This document shows, piece by piece, positions 58,976 to 64,000 of a stretch of 64,000 nucleotides of DNA. The translations under genes and the position numbers were made by a program. The notes beneath the pieces are model-generated. The model saw nothing but the letters and a program-made list of their open reading frames with translations, ran no database searches and had not been told where the DNA came from. The DNA is from an uncultured Nitrososphaerota archaeon (GTDB lineage: Archaea; Thermoproteota; Nitrososphaeria; Nitrososphaerales; Gagatemarchaeaceae), in assembly GCA_963703285.1 (NCBI GenBank), contig OY969807.1, positions 736,001-800,000 on the forward strand, written 5' to 3'. Numbering within the stretch: the first letter of the stretch is position 1; each line of letters starts with the position of its first letter.

Positions 58976-60106
58976 TCAGCCTAGGGAGGGACCGAGGACA
59001 GAGATGTCCACGACGTGGTAGCCGGTGGCGCCGTTGGGGAACGGCCCGCTTACCACCGCTGTCTGGACCGCGCCAGTGCCGTCGGTGGCCCTCACATGCA
59101 AGGAATAGGCACCTTTGGCTGGAGGGTTCCATTCGGCGGACCAGAATACCCAGGTGTACTGGGAGAGCGGGCTGGTCTGCGAGGCCGTGGTCCAGGTCTT
59201 GCCGCCGTCGGAGCTTACCTCCACTTTGGAGACACCGCGATCTCCCGCGAAGGCTATGCCAGCCACAGGGACCACCCCGAGGGCCACCTGGTCCGACCCG
59301 TTGATTCCAAAGAGGGAGGTTATCTCGGCACCTCCAGGGATTACGATTGAAGATCCGGTCTGGTACATCGCGTCGTTCTCCCATCCCCTGACCTGCCAGT
59401 ACCCTTGATAGGTCCCGCTCACCGCTTCTACGCTCGTGATCCACTTGCAGTTCATCATCCCGTAGAGTCCGGGGACTATCGCCCTCAGGGGGGACCCGTG
59501 GTCGGTGGGGAGGGGTGCGCCGTTCATCTCATAGGCGAGCAGGGTCCCATCAAGCATTGCGGTAGCCAGGGGTATCCCCACGCTGTAGCCGTCCACAGCC
59601 TTGAAGACGACGTAGTCGGCAGAGGCTTTGACGCCTGCCATGCTCAGGATGTCCTTCAGCTGGACCCCGGTCCACTGCGCAGTGCTGATGAGTTCTCCGC
59701 CGATGTCGTTGCTCACGCACTCCAGCGTGTTGTACTGCTGGACAGAGGCCATCTGCTGGAGCTGCGAGAGATTGAGGGACAGCGGCGTGTTGACCAGGCC
59801 CGAGACCCCCAGCGACCAGCTCGAGGAGTTGACGCTCGGCGCGAAGATGTTGATGTCGACCCGGTAGAACTTGTCGTTGGTCGTGACCCCCTGCGAGGTA
59901 AGGCTCTGTGTGCTCACAGACTCCACTGACGTGTCCGTAGGTCTCAGAAGGAAGCCGACTCCGTAGGCCAGAATCGCAGCGCCGACCGCGGCGGCCACCC
60001 CCGCCTGGATGAAGAGGCGCCTCCTACGGTCGAACTTCATCCCCTTTGGAGGCACGACCGCTTTGCAGACGTCGGTCGGCTTCCCATCCTCCGTCGCCGG
60101 GTCCAT
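58976..60106 (-). CDS. Tat-exported sulfite-oxidase-family molybdoenzyme
   Basis: RRRRLFIQ plus hydrophobic helix; TLECVSN, LAYEMNG, HGSPLR..PGLYG, VRATDGTG dimerisation domain. Confidence 0.92.
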   Translation of the reverse strand: MDPATEDGKPTDVCKAVVPPKGMKFDRRRRLFIQAGVAAAVGAAILAYGVGFLLRPTDTSVESVSTQSLTSQGVTTNDKFYRVDINIFAPSVNSSSWSLGVSGLVNTPLSLNLSQLQQMASVQQYNTLECVSNDIGGELISTAQWTGVQLKDILSMAGVKASADYVVFKAVDGYSVGIPLATAMLDGTLLAYEMNGAPLPTDHGSPLRAIVPGLYGMMNCKWITSVEAVSGTYQGYWQVRGWENDAMYQTGSSIVIPGGAEITSLFGINGSDQVALGVVPVAGIAFAGDRGVSKVEVSSDGGKTWTTASQTSPLSQYTWVFWSAEWNPPAKGAYSLHVRATDGTGAVQTAVVSGPFPNGATGYHVVDISVLGPSLG

Positions 60107-60156
60107 CTAGTAAATCTCCTGAATCGTCGTTTTCTAAGCCAGAACCAATATAATAG

Positions 60157-60193
60157 TTGTTCCAAATCAATTTCATATTAGAATTTGGAACAA
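60157..60193. promoter_or_regulatory. 11-bp perfect inverted repeat, putative operator
   Basis: TTGTTCCAAAT-N15-ATTTGGAACAA immediately upstream of the TATA-like TTATAT of the sulfite-oxidase-like gene. Confidence 0.65.
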
Positions 60194-60457
60194 TCCTTAT
60201 CTGAAAAGTGCCGAGAGGATAGCACAACAGTTGGAAACCCGTGCCTATGGACGCACGAGCCAGACCGGCGTCTTAGAATCCGGGTGGCTCGCCACCGAGA
60301 CCTCCGTGAGCAGCTTCCTGGTCGAGTGGGTGTCAATCCTCGAGTCGATCTTCTCTCTCGCCCTCGTGGGCCTGAACCAGGTCTACCTCCGAAAGCTGTA
60401 CAAAGGGAGGAGCATTCAGGCGAATCGAAGTGCGCCCGCTTCGGGGCAAGGGTCGGC

Positions 60458-63121
60458 TCAGTTCTTCGCGCCGTCGAGCAGGGCTACTCTCGCCGCGGCG
60501 AGCCTGGCAACCGGTATCCTGAAGGCTGACGCGGAGACGTAGTTGAGCCCCGCCCTGTGGCAGAGGTAGACGGAGCGCGGGTCCCCTCCGTGCTCCCCGC
60601 ATATCCCGACCTCTAGGTCCGGTCTTGTGGTCCTGCCCAGCTCGACGGCCATGCGGATCAGCTTGCCCACTCCCTTCTCGTCAAGCGTCTCGAACGGGTT
60701 GTCGGGGAGCAGGCCCTCCTCGAGGTAGAAAGGAAGGAACTTCGCCTCTGCGTCCTCCCTGCTGAAGCTGAACGTCGCTTGGCTTAGGTCGTTGGTGCCG
60801 AAGGAGAAGAACTCCGCGTACTTCGCGATCTCGTCGGCATCAAGCGTCGCCCTGACCGTCTCGATCATGGTCCCGAACTTGACGTCGAGCTTGACACCCT
60901 CCCTGGCCTCGACTGCGGTTCGAATCCTCTCGAACTGCTCCCGGACCGCCTTCACCTCTTGATATGCAGCGACCTGTGGGGTCATGATCTTCGGCCTCAC
61001 GCGCACTCCCTCCTTCACGAGCTCGGCCGTCGCCTCCATGACGGCCCTCATCTGCATGTCGTAGATTTCAGGGTGCGTGAGGCCGAGTCTCACCCCCCTG
61101 TGCCCGAGCATTGGGTTCGCCTCGGAGAGCTGCCGCGCCTTGTCGAGCATCCTCTTGGATTCCATCAGCTGCTTCTCCTCGCCGTACCTCTCGAGCTTCT
61201 TCACCTGCTCGAGCATGTCCTCGAACCTGGGTAGGAACTCGTGAAGCGGAGGGTCAAGCAGCCTGATTATCACGGGGAGGTCGTGCATCTCCCTGAGCAT
61301 CCTCTTGAAGTCCTCCTTCTGGAGCGGGCGGAGTCTCTCGAGGCAGGACCTGCGCTCCTCTTCCGTCGAGGCCATTATCATGGCGACCACCAGTGGCAGC
61401 CTCTCCTCCGAGTTGAACATCCTCTCGGTCCTGGCGAGGCCAATCCCCTCTGCGCCCATCTTCCTGGCCCGTGCAGCGGTCTCCGGTGTGTCTGCGTTCG
61501 CCCAGACGCCCAGCCTCTTGACCTGGTCCGCCCAGCTGAGGAGCTCGAAGACCTCGTCCTTCAGCTCGGGCTGGAGCAGGGCGACGGTCCCAGGATACAC
61601 GCGTCCGGTCGAGCCGTCGATGGTGATGGTGTCCCCTTGGGCGACCGTGCGCCCGTCTATCCTGAGAAGACGGCTCTGCTGGTAGATGTTCAGGGATGCG
61701 CAACCGACTATGCATGGCTTGCCGATCCCCCTAGCGACGACCGCCGCGTGGGAGGTCTTCCCTCCCCTGCTCGTGAGGACACCCTGAGCGGCGAAGAAGC
61801 CGTGGACGTCCTCGGGCTTGGTCTCTTCCCTGACGAGGATCACCTTCTCCCCCTTCTTGGTCCATTCGACGGCCGTGTCGGCGTCGAAGACGACCTTCCC
61901 CGAAGCGGCGCCGGGAGCCGCAGGGACTCCCACGGCCACGGGCTCGACCCTGTTGCTCGGGTCGACCCGGGGATGCAGCAGCTGCTCGAGCTGCTCGGGG
62001 GAGATCCTGAGAATCGCCTCGGCCTTGGAGATCACGCCTTCGTGGACCATGTCCACGGCCGCCCTGACAGCTCCCATGGGGCCCATCTTCGCCGCCCTAG
62101 TCTGCAGAAGGAAGAGCCGTCCCCGTTCTATCGTGAACTCGATGTCCTGCGGCTCCCGATAGTGACCCTCGAGCTTCTGGGATATCTTCTCGAGAGCTGC
62201 GAAGACCTCGGGCATCTCGTCCCGTAGGTTCGAAAGGGGTCTGGGCGTCCTGATCCCGGCCACGACATCCTCGCCCTGGGCGTTCGTCAGGTAGTCCCCG
62301 TACAGCCCCTGGCTCCCGGTCGATGGGTCCCGGGTGAAGAGCACCCCAGTGGCGCTGTCGTTGCCCAGGTTCCCGAAGACCATCGTAACGACGGTGACCG
62401 CCGTGCCCTTTGCGAGTTCGGGTGTAATCTTGTACTGCTTGCGGTACTCGATGCACCTCTTCCCGTTCCAGCTCCTGAAGACGGCCTCTATCGCGAGCTC
62501 GAGCTGCCTTGCAGGGTCCTGCGGCAGCGGCTTGCCTTCCCTACGGAGGAGGTCCCTGTAGGAGTCGGCCACCCTCATCATGGCGTCTGCGTCGAGGTCG
62601 CTGTCCTGCGCCGCCCCCCTCCTCCTCTTCTCGCCCTCCAGGAGGTTGGAGAATTCTTCCTCCTCCACGCCGAGCACTATCTTGCCGAACAGCTGGATGA
62701 ACCTCCTGTAGGTGTCGTAGGCGAACCTCCTGTCTCCCGTGAGGTTGGCTAGCCCTTCAGCGACCACGTCGTTCAGCCCAAGGTTCAGGATGGTGTCCAT
62801 CATCCCCGGCATGGAGACCGGAGCACCCGACCTGACCGAGACCAACAGAGGGTTCTTCGAGTCGCCGAACCTCTTCCCGGTGCGCTCCTCCAGCGATGCC
62901 ATCGCCGAGAGCACCGAGGGCATGAGGCCCGTGGGCAGCTCCTGCGAGTTTCGGTAGAACTCTTCGCAGACGTTCGTGGTTATCACGAATCCAGGGGGGA
63001 TCGGCAGGCCCAGGGCCGTCATCTCGCACAGCCCGGCGCCCTTCCCGCCCAGCAGCTTCTTGTCGGTGACGCCCTCGTCGAAGAAGTACAACCACTTCAG
63101 CTGGGAGTTCGCCAACTGCAT
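60458..63121 (-). CDS. ppdK: Pyruvate, phosphate dikinase
   Basis: LLGGKGAGL, SVRSGA..SMPGMMDT, GGKTSHAAVVARG, FFSFGTNDL, GICGEHGGDP. Confidence 0.97.
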   Translation of the reverse strand: MQLANSQLKWLYFFDEGVTDKKLLGGKGAGLCEMTALGLPIPPGFVITTNVCEEFYRNSQELPTGLMPSVLSAMASLEERTGKRFGDSKNPLLVSVRSGAPVSMPGMMDTILNLGLNDVVAEGLANLTGDRRFAYDTYRRFIQLFGKIVLGVEEEEFSNLLEGEKRRRGAAQDSDLDADAMMRVADSYRDLLRREGKPLPQDPARQLELAIEAVFRSWNGKRCIEYRKQYKITPELAKGTAVTVVTMVFGNLGNDSATGVLFTRDPSTGSQGLYGDYLTNAQGEDVVAGIRTPRPLSNLRDEMPEVFAALEKISQKLEGHYREPQDIEFTIERGRLFLLQTRAAKMGPMGAVRAAVDMVHEGVISKAEAILRISPEQLEQLLHPRVDPSNRVEPVAVGVPAAPGAASGKVVFDADTAVEWTKKGEKVILVREETKPEDVHGFFAAQGVLTSRGGKTSHAAVVARGIGKPCIVGCASLNIYQQSRLLRIDGRTVAQGDTITIDGSTGRVYPGTVALLQPELKDEVFELLSWADQVKRLGVWANADTPETAARARKMGAEGIGLARTERMFNSEERLPLVVAMIMASTEEERRSCLERLRPLQKEDFKRMLREMHDLPVIIRLLDPPLHEFLPRFEDMLEQVKKLERYGEEKQLMESKRMLDKARQLSEANPMLGHRGVRLGLTHPEIYDMQMRAVMEATAELVKEGVRVRPKIMTPQVAAYQEVKAVREQFERIRTAVEAREGVKLDVKFGTMIETVRATLDADEIAKYAEFFSFGTNDLSQATFSFSREDAEAKFLPFYLEEGLLPDNPFETLDEKGVGKLIRMAVELGRTTRPDLEVGICGEHGGDPRSVYLCHRAGLNYVSASAFRIPVARLAAARVALLDGAKN

Positions 63122-63167
63122 AGGTCGGCCCAACAACTAATTCGTTATAAGTGTAAGCAACAAAACC

Positions 63168-63599
63168 TCAAGCGCGGCCTCCAAGGGCGGAAACGAGCCC
63201 GAAGATGACGAGGGCCTCATCGAGAGCCGGGACCTTCCGGTAGCGCCACAGAAATCGGGGCTGCACCCATCTAAACTCAGAGTGCTCGGAGACGGCCACC
63301 CTGTCGGACTGCGACCTCAGGAGGAAAGGAACGGCTATGGCGCGGCCGTACCCGTCCGAGTATTCTATGAGCCTCCCGGTCTTCACTAGGTCGACCTCGA
63401 GCCCCGACTCCTCGCGCGCTTCTCTGGTCATGCAGTCCTCTGCAGACTCGCCGGCTTCGAAATGGCCGCCGAGGCAGTCCCACATGCCCGGGTATGTGTC
63501 ATCATCGGTCTTTCTCTTTAGGAGCAGGACCCTGCCATTCTGAACGAGAATACCAGCCGTGAATACCCTCGTTTTCACGCCCTTCGAGCCATTTTCCAT
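63168..63599 (-). CDS. NUDIX hydrolase
   Basis: GGHFEAGESAEDCMTREAREESGL Nudix box, SEH motif. Confidence 0.92.
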   Translation of the reverse strand: MENGSKGVKTRVFTAGILVQNGRVLLLKRKTDDDTYPGMWDCLGGHFEAGESAEDCMTREAREESGLEVDLVKTGRLIEYSDGYGRAIAVPFLLRSQSDRVAVSEHSEFRWVQPRFLWRYRKVPALDEALVIFGLVSALGGRA

Positions 63600-63618
63600 G
63601 CTAATGAAGTTGATATCG

Positions 63619-64000
63619 TCACGGTACGAGCTGCGAGGAGTGCCTCACGAACCTGCCTCCCGGGAAGACGATGCCGCCCCGGAGGAGGACTTTTTCGACC
63701 GAATAACGCATCTCCTCCCCGGCGAAGGGGGTCACCCTCGCCTTCGAGACGAAGTGATCGGGGTTCACCCTCCAGCTCCTACTGCCCATGACAACCAGAT
63801 CCGCTGTGTAGCCGGGAGATATCTTCCCCTTCTTGATGCCCAGGTAGGCGGCTGGTGCCTCGCAGAACATCCTGCACAGCAGTTCAAGGTTGTCCGTCCT
63901 GGTGAGGAAGAGAGGCAGGGCGAGCTCAAGTCCGGGGAAGCCTGGCGCACCCCTCAGCTTATCCTCGGCGGTGTGGGGAGCGTGGTCGGTAGCGTAGAAG
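63619..64000 (-). CDS. Dihydroorotase/allantoinase-family amidohydrolase, 3' part (truncated by the window edge)
   Basis: ATDHAPH, PGFPGLE, GKISPGYTADLVV, TPFAG in one open frame. Confidence 0.85.
   Translation of the reverse strand, partial: FYATDHAPHTAEDKLRGAPGFPGLELALPLFLTRTDNLELLCRMFCEAPAAYLGIKKGKISPGYTADLVVMGSRSWRVNPDHFVSKARVTPFAGEEMRYSVEKVLLRGGIVFPGGRFVRHSSQLVP

Noticed and set aside
1-64000. CRISPR array, transposase, integrase or intact provirus
   Set aside because: No regularly spaced DNA repeats and no recombinase, capsid or terminase motifs were found

Overview
GC-rich archaeal chromosome segment. The evidence is TATA-box promoters about 25-30 nt before apparently leaderless starts, tRNA genes without encoded CCA, and a tRNA with BHB introns. 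A heterotrophic, non-ammonia-oxidising Nitrososphaerota/Thermoproteota-type host is an inference. Core content: a peptide ABC importer, acetyl-CoA synthetase, a near-complete folate-dependent purine cluster (purB/M/C/E/N/F/L/Q/S/H/D plus folD and 5-formyl-THF cyclo-ligase), malate synthase, kdpABC, a DUF929-VKOR disulfide pair, aconitase, CBS/CGL, three ABC exporters, a sulfite-oxidase-like enzyme, PPDK and the 3' end of dihydroorotase. Two accessory-looking blocks sit at tRNA 3' ends. The first (about 35.7-41.9 kb) holds a Tat-exported PaoABC-like molybdoenzyme and a DUF5678-like protein with two degenerate retropepsin domains, beside tRNA-Val(CAC), which carries two non-canonical 16-nt introns. 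The second (about 50.3-55.0 kb, after tRNA-Leu(TAG)) is the best candidate for an undescribed system: a membrane-anchored phage-tail-collar-like small subunit paired with a secreted, C-terminally anchored DUF2341-like protein carrying about 43 charge-poor 18-21 aa repeats, possibly a templated surface fibre. About ten single-base frame breaks, some in essential pur genes, point to long-read assembly indels. All family assignments come from motif recognition, not database searches.
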